Source: Massalongia carnosa
Taxonomy: Eukaryota
Length of the DNA stretch: 64,000 bases
Assembly: GCA_965645245.1 (NCBI GenBank)
Contig: OZ287070.1
Span: 2,046,001 to 2,110,000 of the forward strand
Reading direction: 5' to 3'
In this document: piece after piece, positions 41,520 to 54,257 of the stretch
How positions within the stretch are numbered: position 1 is the first letter of the stretch
Layout of the letters: each line of letters starts with the position of its first letter
Made by a program: the position numbers and the translations under genes
Notes under the pieces: model-generated
What the model saw: the letters and a program-made list of their open reading frames with translations, nothing else
Databases searched by the model: none
Told to the model about the DNA's origin: nothing

Positions 41520-44260
41520 GATAACTTTGCTCACTAAAAGGGTCCGGATATCTCCCTCAAACGCACGGTGGATATTACAGATCTCACAGCAAAGAGGAAA
41601 AATTTGAGTGGTGGGCTTGAGGAGTGGGGACTATCAATCTGATGGTAGGAAAGGATATTTATCCTGAGAGTGAAATAAAAATGACCTCTCAAAATCCTCT
41701 AGTGCGAGCAGTTAACTTTCACCAGGTGGAATACTCAAAAAGTTAATTCTTTGGTGGGTGCAGAGGGGGGATATGAAAACGACTAACAAACACCTCAAAT
41801 GCTATACAGGGGACTGTTAAGGAATTAACCAAAAAAGTATTCTGAGACCGAAAACTACCTTCGAACTTGGCATCCTACAGTCTTCTCATAATCATACAAG
41901 CTTTCTTTTCTTCGTACGACTCATTTGCAGATACTGCAAGCGAAGTTGACCTTTTCAGCTTGATGGCTTCATTTAAGATCCAGCCATGGTAACTCAAACC
42001 AATTAAAGGACGCTCCTTAGCAATGTGGCAACCTGATACAAATTTGACGTGCCGAATACGGTGAGATAATCCACACGAGTTGCAATCTGCCGTGTTCTTC
42101 AGCTGCAAGCTCGTTGTCGTTTTGCAGCTCATCCTCACTTGCGATAAAATGCACTCATTTTCTCCTCATGCAAGACCTGGAGGACAGTATCATCTACCTC
42201 GTGAGTAATCCTCTGGGTTAGAAATACCGCCGGTTTTCCGTTAGGTGCCCGAACTTGGCCCCTATCTAGCTCTTGCCTGGGGCCCCTTGCCATCCGATTC
42301 CCCAAACCCCAAATAATTCGATCCAGAATATATGGGAACCTTGTCTAGGGGTGGCAAAGGTCACGGAGGCCTTCACCGGTGATAAAAGGCACCAATCTGC
42401 AAACTTTTTAATACCTTTAGAGTAAGATTAGGGCAGTTCATGTACATCTCAGACAGTGGAAGAATTACCGGATACAACAAGTAGCGCAGACAAAACTAAG
42501 ACCCCCTCAAGGCTATCTGTCGTTGAACATTGAAGCTTCTCGCCCTCTCCTACCATCCACGATCTCGCAGCTGCTACGGCCCTGATCTAGGGTTCACTTG
42601 ATTGGCCGAGACTTCAGGCGTTTCGAAGAATACCACCTCCTCATGCTAGCAATCCTCAACACTCTCTGACCCTCTCCGCTCAATAGCCCACTCGGAAATG
42701 CTGCTCTTGAAGTGAGCGTCCAGGATCATTGCTGCTAAGGGGTTTCTCTCTGAAGTGAGTGATAGCAGGGTTTTAATACGATATGAGTAAGTGAGAACGG
42801 ATGTTTCAGACAATTACATAAATTTTTTGTCTGTTTCCTTCTTTGAGATTTAGCGTGGCGCAAAGAGAAAAGACGATGTACGCAAGTAAAGCGAGTCCTT
42901 AATCGATAACCCTTTTGCTAATCCCTCCGAACAACAACAAGCCAAACCCTATTTTACCCTGGCTATGGGACATTGAAAGGCAGAAAAAACCAACTCAACT
43001 CATCGTACCCCCACGGACTGTACAGACTCCGCTTATCTTGGCGCTAAACAAAACATGGGGAGAAAGCCGGGAAATAACGAAAGGAGAAGGTGTGAGCAGG
43101 GAAAGCGGGAGGGAGCTTGATGTCGAGAGTCGGATATGGGGAATGAGAGGGGAGGGGGAGAGTTTTTCGGAAAAGATATAAAAAGGCAAGCATACTCATA
43201 CCCCCTTTTCTTCACCACCCTTATTTTGGTTTTTCGTTGATGTTGGGAACTCTTGAGACTCGGGTTTTTTGGTTTCACTTTCCTTCAACTTGTTTATACC
43301 TTCTTATCTTCTGTATTACCTCCGTGTTTCATACATCTTCCTATATATAATAGATGATTTGGTTGGAAATAGCCTTTATTTGGTCGTTTAATCAAATTCC
43401 CTCATCCTTTCTTGGGCTTTTGGGGTTTCGGTGTTTGTATCTACCTACATATCTGCCTACGTACATGATTTGGGTTTGACGGAGAAAGAGGGACTGGATG
43501 AGAGTACCATCATCACTATCATCATGCTGCGAACCAAAGATACACATACTTACACAACAATACCACCACAAGCAACCCGGAACCCCCCCCCTCCTAAACC
43601 TACTTACCAGCCAAGTGAGAACGAACGTAGGAGAGTTATGTATTTCTTTATTTATTGATTGGTTGTTTAGAGGAGGAGAGTTTGATGCAGCTTCTTCTTC
43701 TTCCTTCTTTTTCTTTCTTTTAGCTTGGAAAAAAATAAAGAGAGAGAGAAAGGCAAAAACCCGACTCCTACATCGTCAACCAACTGCCTGCCAATCAAGT
43801 CCCGAGAATACGTGATGGGTTCTTCTTTCTTCGGCTCCTCTTCTGTTATTCTAATCCATTCTGGATCCCCCTTCATCTATCTGCTCTTCTCCTGAAAACG
43901 GACCTGAAGAACTTTCTCCTTGGTTTTCTCCACCTCCGCCAAACCTCAACCTCTTACTTCTATGTATGAGGTCAAGGTGGCTGGCGGAAAGAAAAATCAA
44001 AAAAGTCGTGGGTTCTAAGGTTTTTTGAGGAAGGGGAGAGGAAGAAGGTGGAAGTGAAAGAATGATAATGGGAAAAACCCTTTGGCGCCCAAAATACCAA
44101 AATACCAAAATACCAACATATGAACATATTCCAAGTTAAATTAATATGGCCGAAAATCAACACAGATCCATCCGCTTATAGGTGATACCTAGGCAGATAT
44201 TTGCCACTTCCTGAGCCATTCCCTATGCCCTCTACAATATTTTCCCCTCCACTCCCTTCT

Positions 44261-46461
44261 TCAGGCAAGCACAAAAACCTCCCGGACCGCCTCGCCAAAC
44301 CTTCGAATCGCCTCCGTCACCAGCCCTTCCTCCACCGCCGCAAACGTGGCGCGGAAGAACATTTCCTGCTGCTCGGAGCGGTTCTCACAACTCCCTGCCT
44401 TCGGCGCTTGCGCGACGATTCCGTTGCGGTTCCCAGTACCGCTGTTGGCACTATCTTCGCATTTGCCGTTTATCTGGTTGTTGTTGGTTTGCATGCCGAT
44501 ATCGGCGTTCGTTTTACATTGGGCCTCGAGCTTGCATGCAGGATCCGCCTCGTCCTTGACGTTGGCTTCGGCGCGGAACCACGAGCCCGGGGTAGTAAGC
44601 ACTCCGCGATTGATGCCGATCTGGAATATCGCCTCTTCAATGGCCTGCATACCAAGCTCTGCAGCGCGGGGATGGGAGCGCCAATCAATTTTGATCCAAT
44701 GCTATTATGCTCCACATTAGCAGTCAGTCGAATGTCCCTTGCCGCATGCGAAAGCACCATGGATCTTGATGAGAAGTCAAGTCAAAAGAAGAACCCACAA
44801 ACATGCCCGCAGCAGGCGGATTCCAGCTCGTCACCTCCTTAGGCAAGAACTGATTGCAAGCTTCGCAAATGTTATCTCGGCGCCGAGCATACTGCATGCG
44901 CAGATATATCAGCCAGTCCAAGTACCCGGCATGTCCCCACGCCTCTTCCAGCAACTTGTACAGCACGACCTGCGACACGCCGCTAGGATTCTGCGTCGCG
45001 AGTTCGCCGTGCCGGATGTAGCGTTCGACGATCTGCTCCGAGGCCGTGATCCAGCCTATGCGCGTGCCTGGTGCGATGACCTTGGAGAAAGAATCCATGC
45101 GCATCACACGCCCGTCAACGTCCATGCTGAGCAGGGATGGAACGAGGCTGGCGAGGAACTCTTCGTGAGATGAAGGAGCAGGGGGCGTGGGGGCTTCGGG
45201 GCCGGTGTAGGTTTGCATTTGAAGGAAGTAATAGGGTTCGTCTTCAAGAATGAAGAGGTCGTGTTTCTGTGCGCAGCTATAAATGTCGCGTCGGCGCTGC
45301 TCGCCCTGCGTAGCACCTGTAGGGTTCTGACCACTGGGCACGGTGTAGAGAAGCCATGGTTTTGGAGCGCCTTGTCGGCTTGAGGGATCCCAGTTCGTGA
45401 GGATGAAGTCCATGTGCGAGGGAAGAAGACCTTCAGCATCCATTTTGATGCCGATGCATTGGATCCCCATGGGTGCGGCACTCTCGATGGCGGCTGGGAA
45501 GGTGTATTCTTCCATTAGGATGTATTCGCCGCGTGTGGTGAACATGCGGTAAGCTATATCCAGGGCTGACGTGCTACCTATGGTCATGGTGCAGTTCCAG
45601 TCTTGGTATAGCGGGTGATGTACGATCTGAGAGATAATTAGGGGAACCACTTTCAATGTGATTAAACTTACCGACCTCAGTATGCTCGGTCATGAACCGC
45701 AACAATTGCGCTGAACCAGTGGCTTGCCCGTAGTTGAATGCAACATGCATATCTAAGGCCATGCATTAGTGATCTTCAATGCATAAAAGCTAAACTTCTT
45801 ACCAAAAAAGCTTTTGCCTTGGGCAATGTCATACTTTCCAGTTCTCATTACAACGCCAAATTCTCGGGTTTCTTCCTCGGAAAAATGTGGAGGATTAGGC
45901 ACTTTGATATCAATTCGCTCGAATGGAAAATACTCGCTCGATGGTAAACCGCCACCCAGCGAAATTAAGCCTACTATACATTAGAGTAGTCTCCGAGCTC
46001 TTCATACACATGGAGATTTCACCGGGGTTGCCGAGATACCTCGCTGCCATTTTCAACATCGACGGCTTTAGCTTACGTTAGCTGTCCACCTAAACCCCTG
46101 GAACCGCGATATGCTACCTTTCTCGATTTGCTTTCACGATTCAATCGGTCTTTTTAGTGGGTGATTAGTTCCCTCCGAGCGTTTTCATAGTTGCACTAGC
46201 GAAACGTACGGTCCCATCTCTTTGCTTTCGGTTTCCCGTATCCCTAGTGCTATGTTAGTGTAGCTGACGTTCGTGAAGAGACCTAGATGTATCTACTGGG
46301 CTCTTGAACATCTCACTAGTTGCATACGCCGCCACAGCACCACTCATGATTGGGGCTTTTGATCGTCGTGCTGGGACGCCATTGACGCTCAATCGATCCG
46401 AAAAGGTCGAAGCTTGAATGTCGGTAAGAGCGAGTACATTTAGAGCCGATGGGGGAGCCAT
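44261..46461 (-). CDS. ARO8: Aromatic amino acid / 2-aminoadipate aminotransferase (PLP class I)
   Basis: MAPPSA start, LISLGGGLP, YTVPSGQNPTG, ILEDEPYYFLQM, RMDSFSKVIAPGTRIGW (PLP lysine), PAAGMF, FFRATFAA. Confidence 0.93.
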
Positions 46462-46775
46462 GACGCTCGTGGAGTATCCAGAGGCTGAAAAGCAGAGAGC
46501 AACTTGCACGAAAACACAGTTATGGTTTATAGCTTAAGCACATTTCCTTGCTGCTATAACATATTGTGCTATAGTGTGCTATAGTGCAACAAATTCAAGA
46601 GAACGAATGCAAGAGGAAAAGAACAGCAAAGAAAAGAAAAGGAAAAGATGGGAATTATGAACGAATCAAAGAAACTACACGATGTGTCATTCCCTTGTCT
46701 AGCCGTCAGCCTTATCACCGCCCGATAAAATAAAGCCGAAGCTATCCGATCCCTGTGGGCTGCTACTCTGGGTGC

Positions 46776-46811
46776 CTGGCACTCTGGCACTCTGGCACTC
46801 TGGCACTCTGG
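46776..46811. repeat. 8-bp tandem repeat (CTGGCACT) x4.5 upstream of ARO8
   Basis: ctggcactctggcactctggcactctggcactctgg. Confidence 0.85.
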
Positions 46812-47626
46812 AGACCAGCGAAATCAAAGCAAATGCCCAACGCAAGAAGCCATACTCACTGGGACAGAGGGAAGACAAAAAGCAACTCTCCATCCATCAG
46901 TGGAAAGAGCTGATTTCCTGAGATTTGAGATTCTTGACGAGGTGCGGGAAAACGAACGCAAGTCGATCCGATGAACTGCCGATTGGTTGCATGGTTGGGC
47001 CAACAAATTAGGGTAAAGACTTTTGTGAGTTGGGGTGATACCCAAGGTCAGCAACCTGCGGAACGAAATCCGCATCTCGCAGCGGAATGCATCAAGCTGC
47101 AAAGCAACCCAAGTCTTCTCCCCATACCGGGGAAAAGAGATACATGGATGAATGAGAGAATCCAAAGTCCAACCGGCAAAAAGTGAATTGATATCCTACA
47201 TGAAAAAAAGCATCCGCTCCCTGGTATCCCGGTTGAAATAGCTCTGCCCAAACCCCAAGCTCAACTGATCCTGAACACTGAAATCTATGTCTTCGAGACA
47301 AAGCCCTTCAAAAAACATCACCCCTTAACTTTTCTGTATCAGAATCCGATTAAGGCTCTCCTCTGAAGTCCAGATAACCCAGTCATATACAAATACGAGA
47401 GACAGAGCGCTCGGGGCAAACGGGGGTTCCAGCAAAACAAACCCTCTAACTGAAATGACTGTGAATAGAGAAATGAAAGATCACAAAAGAGGACGAGTCG
47501 AACATGGCGATTCATCTGAGGCATAGTGGATGTGGTGGGTGTTTTTGCTCCATCTAATAGTCGGGTCAACGTGGTGGTGAAAACTCAAATGCACGGAGAC
47601 ATCGAAATGGGCAGGATTCGGAACTT

Positions 47627-48761
47627 TTAATAAGGTTCATTGCCCACACTATTGTTGCCGGCGGCCGATGGGTAAACGTTGCCATAAGGACTGCCGTCTT
47701 GTTCCGATGGCTCCAATCCATGTGGGCTGAGAATATTGTTCCCTTCCGTCTGCGCATGATAGGCGGTTGAAGCCGAGGATGCGTTAGGTCCGCTGCTTGC
47801 GCTACCACTGCCTACGCCTGACTGAGCGCCCGGTGGTCCGTATCCGCTACCTGGCCGTTGCTGATTCTCCCCCCTTGCCGATTGAGTCTGGTTGCGTTAG
47901 CTGTGAATGTGCCAATAAGAAGTGGGTAATAGATGGTGCGTGGGCGTGAGCGGTATCTTAGCGAGGCGGTTAGAATTTCATAGGTGGCTTACTTCTCGAT
48001 ATTTGGAAAGGTAGATCTTCAGTGCTTCCGCGTAGTTCTCGAAGCCCAGCGATGTCATGGCGAATAATATGTCTTCGCCGTTCACGGTCTTGCGTTTCTC
48101 TTGCTGGCATTTCTCCGACGCTGGGGTGGAGCGTAGTTAGAGGAGGAATCACGCTGGAAATGCCGGAGCGAACTTGCCTTCACTAGTGATGAATGAAATG
48201 AACTCGCTCACGCACTCTTGCATGCACTCCTTGGCTTCTTTGGCAATTTTGGCATTCTCTGGCAGGGCCGTCTTCATGATGCGAGCAACTGGTGCGAAAT
48301 TACGAATGTTAGCATCTGATCCTAGGCTATGATGTCTAGAACCCCGTGGTGGTGAAATTGACTGCGGGGAATTGCGGGACATTGTGAGCTCCCACTGGCT
48401 GCTCAAATTTGACCATAGAGAGTGAAGAAGAGGATGCTGGCGCAGATCTCGACGACTGATGAATGAGACCCGTCATCGAGACCAGTTATCGCGCGTGCTC
48501 GTTTCAGAAGCGAACCAGAATTCCGGCAATCCATCATTGTGCAGCGTCGGAAGAGTATTACCCGCAACTAATAGGATGACGCTGCATGAAACCCACGGGG
48601 GACCAACCATTTGCTATTGGCAACCACCTGTCCTGCTCCTTCACCTCGAACTCGTACAGTTCCGGCGCTTGTGCTTCGGCGTCGCCTCTATCCATATGAT
48701 CCGAATTTTCTGGCGACGGACCTGCTGCCTCCACGTCCTCTTTAGGAGAGGAAACCGACAT
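47627..48761 (-). CDS. HAP3: CCAAT-binding complex subunit NF-YB (Hap3/HapC)
   Basis: [92 protein letters not shown]. Confidence 0.96.
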
Positions 48762-51368
48762 GATGTATATGTCCGCTGACAATTCGTTGGCTGTCCTGAT
48801 GTGAAGTTGTGCGGGTGACCACGTCACGGGCTGGGCTTCGATCAGGAAGATGGCAGCTCTGCGTCGATGTGCGTCACTCCGGAACCGGTATCGTTCTGCT
48901 TTGGGAAGGATCAAGGCCCAGGTAAGGCTTCTGCGTGACGCACCGAAGCTTCGTTACGGGCAAGCTATTGTGCAGCAATTGACCAGGGGCATTGGCAGTG
49001 ATTCGATGGAAACCCAAGACCCAACGAAGATTTTCCACTACGCGACCCGGCGTTGTTACTGTTTCGAGGCATTAGCATGACCAATTGTTACAATCGCTGG
49101 GGGAGACGATAAACGGGTACCAGCAGTCGTCAGCCGCAACTGGCGTCTAGTGGCACATAGGGTAATTGGGTATCAACGACCTTTGGGATCTGAATCCAAG
49201 GCTTAGTATGTCCCGGAGGACCAGGGCAGCTCTGAGGCACTGAATGCGCTGGAAAATATTAACCAACCTACTGACGTGCAATTATGGACATGTGGCGGGA
49301 AACATAGGTGATGCCCGGGGGCAAAGGTAGTGGGAACAAATGCCGCTTGACCTCTAAGGAAAAAAATATATTGAGGTAAGGTAGTGTTGTGGGCTTGGGA
49401 GTTTGGGGCGGATGCGTTTCAAGAGGCACATTGGCAGCCAAAAAAAAACTAGCTAGGTCGCCCACGGGGGATCCTGCGGGATAGGTAGGTAGGTAGATAC
49501 TAGATTAAGATAGGCTCCCAACGAGGAACGAACGAAAGGCACAGACTTTCCCCGACGTACCTCCCCACAACACACCACAGGCACCCTGGGGGAGGTGGGT
49601 GGCGGTAAACGCGTGTAGAAACGCTTTGAAGTTGAGAGAGAGGTGGTCGAATGCAACGATACAGCGGTACAGCGAAGAAATCACTTTCATTGGAGGAGCG
49701 ACGGTGAGCTACGACGGTGATTTTGAGTTTGGGTAGGCTGGGGAAAGGATCACCATTGCTTGTTGCATTTCTTTTCCCTTGAACGAATCATTGTGCATTT
49801 CTGCTTGGATCGCCAGCGGCTCTCCCTTCTCCCACGCGTTCGTTGCGGCAGCTTGGATCTCTTTCCGATCTTACGGGATTGGATGTGACTATTGACCATC
49901 TACAACACCGACTCGGGTGGTGACATTATGGGTTCTTCCAATAAAGACGCACGTCTCGAGGGATTGCATGACTAATTGAATGATTCATTTCTATGTGTCC
50001 AAATCAAGGCCGGGCAAAGCGGTTGCCCAACTCAGTTACGTCAAAAGCCACTTGGCCATTTCGTCCCATTGGGCAACTATGGGCAACAAGGCTAAATAAG
50101 ACTCATCAAGCGGGATCCGGTACGGGGAAGGCCTGACTGCCTGCCGTGCCAGCCTAATCCAATGTCCAACCTGCGTTAGATAGTTACCCCTTCTCAAACT
50201 TTAATCCATCACTCTGTACGGTATGGAGTGGTAGGTACTCTGTATTGCAGGTTTTTGGGGGGAGATTGAGATCCCCCAAATAGCATGCAGCTCATAGGCA
50301 GGATACATGGCTCGGCATGTCCAAACCGTCCACAATCAGCCCCCAATTCCTCATCAAGGTTTGGCGCAGCGTCAGGCAACCGAGCGCCGATGTGATGTTG
50401 TATGAATGGTTAGGATAAACAAGGGATGGTAAAATTAGACTTGTCAAAACGCTTGCTAGCCAGCGTTCGATGACTTTAAAATTCATTGGAAACAAAATGT
50501 AACGTCCTTTAAACTCTCCGTTGGAGACTCCATGATGTGATGAAAATGAGAGTGGGGTTGGAGTAAAACAGCATGGGCCGTGCGGTGCTGCAACACATGT
50601 CTGATGTCCGCAAAACGTGGTCTTGTTGTAGATGATGTGGGGCATGGGAAATCTGTATGGGACCCTGAAAGTACATACCTAGACCGTACATGCTCAACAG
50701 TGCATGAGCGAGATGTCGAAACCATATATTGACCTCGAGCACGCTTGCTTCCAAGTAGTAAACTGGGAGCCGACGTTGAAATGTCCAATTAAATTGGCTC
50801 TGTGCTGGTGGTACCTTACTTTGGCCCTATGTTGGACCGGTCCTATGATGAAGCTGCCCACACTCAATGGGAAAGTACTGCATTGCAGTGACTAACGTTA
50901 GTCTTAGGCGCCAAACTAGATGCTGCGGATGTATGTCTGGTGGCCTAGCGAAGCAGTGCCAACTCAGTGCAGCCACACCTTCTGCAGCCTCGCACACCAT
51001 GCATGAACAAAGCTTTTGAAACACTTCAATATCAAATCGTCATGTCGAATGGCCGTTTGCGCCGGGTTCGCTGTGGCTGCTCGTATGTAAAAAAGCTCCA
51101 AGCTTGACAATCTAGAATTGATCACGCTATTAGGCATAGTTGCAGGTTAACGATTGATCGCTAGATCCTTTCGATAATAGGTTCATGCTGTCGTACAGGT
51201 TGATTCATTCCGCCAGTGGCAAGCCCGTCACTAATCGAATCTCCCGATCGATTAGGGGCTGCTTTTGTAAGGGCTTTTGTTTGGAATTCTATCATCCTTC
51301 CCCCAGCCCCACGTAAGCCTCGAATTGTGACCCAGCTAGGCGATCAATGTGTGAAACCAGGATGTACG

Positions 51369-52038
51369 TCATTGTTGCACAACTTGAACGTTGTTCTTTT
51401 TCTGGAAAACCCGGGACAAAGTTAGCCATTGATTAGACCAGCGGTGCTTTTACCGGAACAATTCTTTCTCAGTCCACGGTTCCATAAGTAAGCCAACAAC
51501 GTGGGATCACACCAAGACCACAGACCTTCCACTTCTCCATTTCTTCTTGTTGCCGCTTATACTGCTTGACCAGATCATCCAACACCTTCTTCAGCCCTTC
51601 CGAATTGGTTTCTAGCGCTGGCATGACATCCTTCACCGTCCGTTCAGCTAACACTCCATTGATCATTCGAAAGCACTTTCGTTCGTCAGGCAGCGGTATC
51701 AGCGTCTCTAGCACTAATCTGTAATGGCAATATAAGTATTTAACCAGGATTTGTCTAATGTAAGAAGTTCAAAGTTGTAGGCATGGTAACGAGAATGAGT
51801 ATATTTGTTGAAAGACGAAGACTATAAGAGGCCACGCACTTATGCTCCTCGGTCTCCTGCTCGACTTCGCCAATTCGTTGGGCGAGCTGTTGTAGATTGT
51901 TCTTAAAGGTCGTGTATTGTTGCTGTAAATCTAGTTGGAGCCACTTTACCATCAGCAATAGGTTTCCCGAAAGTAAAGACACGTCGTGATGGATAAGGCA
52001 CCTTGTTGCTTCTTCGCGGTGATTTGTGTCTGCGCCAT
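51369..52038 (-). CDS. GIM4: Prefoldin subunit 2
   Basis: MAQTQITAKKQQ|DLQQQY...IGEVEQETEEHK|LVLETL...RKCFRMINGVLAERTVKDVMPAL...KWK|KKNNVQVVQQ*. Confidence 0.93.
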
Positions 52039-52255
52039 TTTGTGGTCTTAGACGCTCCGTTGCATCGTGCTGAGTATGCTTGATATAAGTGGATTGGGCT
52101 TGTAGGACCTGATGGTTCGTGGATGAACAGGGTACGCAAGGCTGGCTGCCGCAGATCGGAATGTTTACGCACAGACCACTAGAAACCACCGAAATCAACG
52201 AAACCGCCGCAACTTCCATCCAGCTCCAGTATTCAAACGCTCTCTCGAAAGAACG

Positions 52256-52614
52256 ATGCATCCACATCTTCATACCAAAAATAACAGAGGTAAGCCCCCT
52301 TCCCTCTCCCCCTTTCTTCTCCCCAGCTCCTCCTTTCCCCCTCAACTGTACACTAAAAAAAACCCCCAACTAACCCTTCCCCTCCAACCTCCGGAGAGAA
52401 AACAGGCTGCGAAGAAGTAATGCAACTCCTCGATGCCTGCCACGCGCGCGGCTTTCTCTACAAAATGACCGGCGGCTGCAACGCTGCCAAGCGGGACGTG
52501 AACCGGTGCCTACGCGCCGAGCGAGTGGAGCGCACAGCGAGGAACCGGGAGGAGGCGCGCAGAAGGCGGGAGAGGGTTGAGGCTGGGTGGAGGGAGATTG
52601 AGGAGAACTCATGA
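52256..52614 (+). CDS. CMC2: Twin CX9C cytochrome c oxidase assembly protein Cmc2
   Basis: MHPHLHT start, CEEVMQLLDACH and CNAAKRDVNRCL (two CX9C motifs); one intron. Confidence 0.9.
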
Positions 52615-52969
52615 TTTCTGGGGCCGAGGACATGGTGGAGGGTGACGGTGGGAAAGGAGAGGAGATAGAAGGGGAGAGTGAAGGGGAAAGTGAAGAGGAG
52701 AGGAGAGAGAGGAGAGGAGGGGTATTGATATTGGAAATGGAAGGAGCGAGTGCGATGGTGTGGCGCAAAGCATGAGCATAGCGCGGTGTTTGGCCGATGG
52801 CATAGGCGTTTCTTGAGGGTCTTTGGGTCTGGAGGTTTAGGGGATGGCATGTTACGCTATAAGATGGGGCACGCGACAGGAATACGGGCTTCATTCATAG
52901 GTCATAGATCCATATACTCGTTATGTTTATACCAAGGGTATATATAACATGCATCGTCGAACAAAAACT

Positions 52970-54064
52970 TCATTCGGTTGCTTCATGATTCTTGCTATCG
53001 TTCTCCATCGCGTCCCGGAAAGACGCCGTTTTGTGCTTTCGTTTTCTCTTTCGCTTTACCAATGGCTTGTGGCTCTCAGTTAAGGGGCCCTCTATTATAT
53101 TTCCTATACTTACTCCAGGTTGAGGCGCCTTACCTTCTATTGCTTTGGGGGGAGCAAGGCCTTCCGGGTTGTCTTCACTTTTGCTGATTCGATCCTCACC
53201 TTCCTTCTCTTTCCGAGATTTCTTGATGCTCAGAGGATTTGGACCCTTTAGGCCACGAGCTCGCTTTTTCTTTGGCAGCTTCTCCTCCCCAACTCCGGCA
53301 TTACCAATCATTTCTTTTGCACCTTGCGTAACGTCCAACTCTTTTTCACTAGAGCCTTCTCTTTTTCGTTTTGCACCAACAGCCTGTGTTCTACCTCTCA
53401 GCCCCGACCTGAATTTCCCCCTTTCTATCCCTTCTCGAACTCCCACGCTGCTATCTGCCATTGGCTCCATAATCATCACACTCCTCTTAACATACACCAG
53501 CGGAACACCTTTGACGCCCCTGCAATATCTTCTGACCTCTTCGTCCTGACTAGCGACTACATAGCAATTCTTATTCGTCTTCGAGTTCTTCGGATCAATC
53601 ACGTTGGATAAGCATTCGAGAGTCGAAAGCGGTTCCTCCAAAGTATGGTGATTGCAGCGCCTCCGTTCCATGCTCCTGGCAACTGCAACAAGGGCATCCT
53701 TCTGAACATGGGAGATTGATGGCATCTTGTAGAGGTGGCGAATGGAGCATTGGGTGATCACTAGTACCAGTATACCTGATCAGCGAATTTCTAGATGTGA
53801 GTTGCAAGTGAAGGCGGGATAGGCGCATACTTGGTTTCACCTTGCCGTGAAGGGTGCGCTCCAGACCGGCCACGAGGCCCATCTTGAAACGATCTGCGTC
53901 TTGTATCATTTGCGCGTCCACTGGGGAAAACAACATAAGCAAGGCGCACAGATTGGATTATCGATAGTAAACCTACCGAGGACCTGATATGGTTCCCGAA
54001 AATTGAAAGTGAGTCCATATTGGCTCATAAGGCGGCGGTACTGTTTTGATCTTTTCCCTCTCAT
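52970..54064 (-). CDS. UTP23: SSU processome PIN-domain protein Utp23
   Basis: MRGKRSKQYRRLM...FREPYQVLVD, MITQCSIRHLY, ERRRCNH, YVVASQD, GVPLVYVKRSVMIMEPM, KGPNPLSIKK. Confidence 0.95.
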
Positions 54065-54257
54065 TTTAAGAATTTAGTGATGGTGATTCCGTACACAATG
54101 ACCTACGTTCAAAGATCAGGTTTAAAGATTCATAAGCTAGAGCTGGGATTTCCTGCTAATTACTCCGTGCCTTGTACTGCGTAGTTAACGCATGTGCTAA
54201 GTGACCGTTTGTAAACAGAGCACTTTGCTTCAGTACCTCGTGGCTCTACGTGCCGTC

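Noticed and set aside
41870..42730. Possible decayed gene between the methyltransferase and ARO8
   Set aside because: Coding-like composition, but stops in all frames and no identifiable family
44201..45173. Long antisense ORFs over ARO8 (and similar ones over HAK, RRN3, PRP16 and RTC4)
   Set aside because: Expected shadow ORFs of GC-rich coding sequence, with no independent motifs
50290..51030. Cys/His-rich short ORFs and a TGATGA...CTGA (C/D-box-like) pair at ~50537-50604
   Set aside because: No zinc-finger spacing, no convincing terminal stem and no recognisable rRNA-complementary guide
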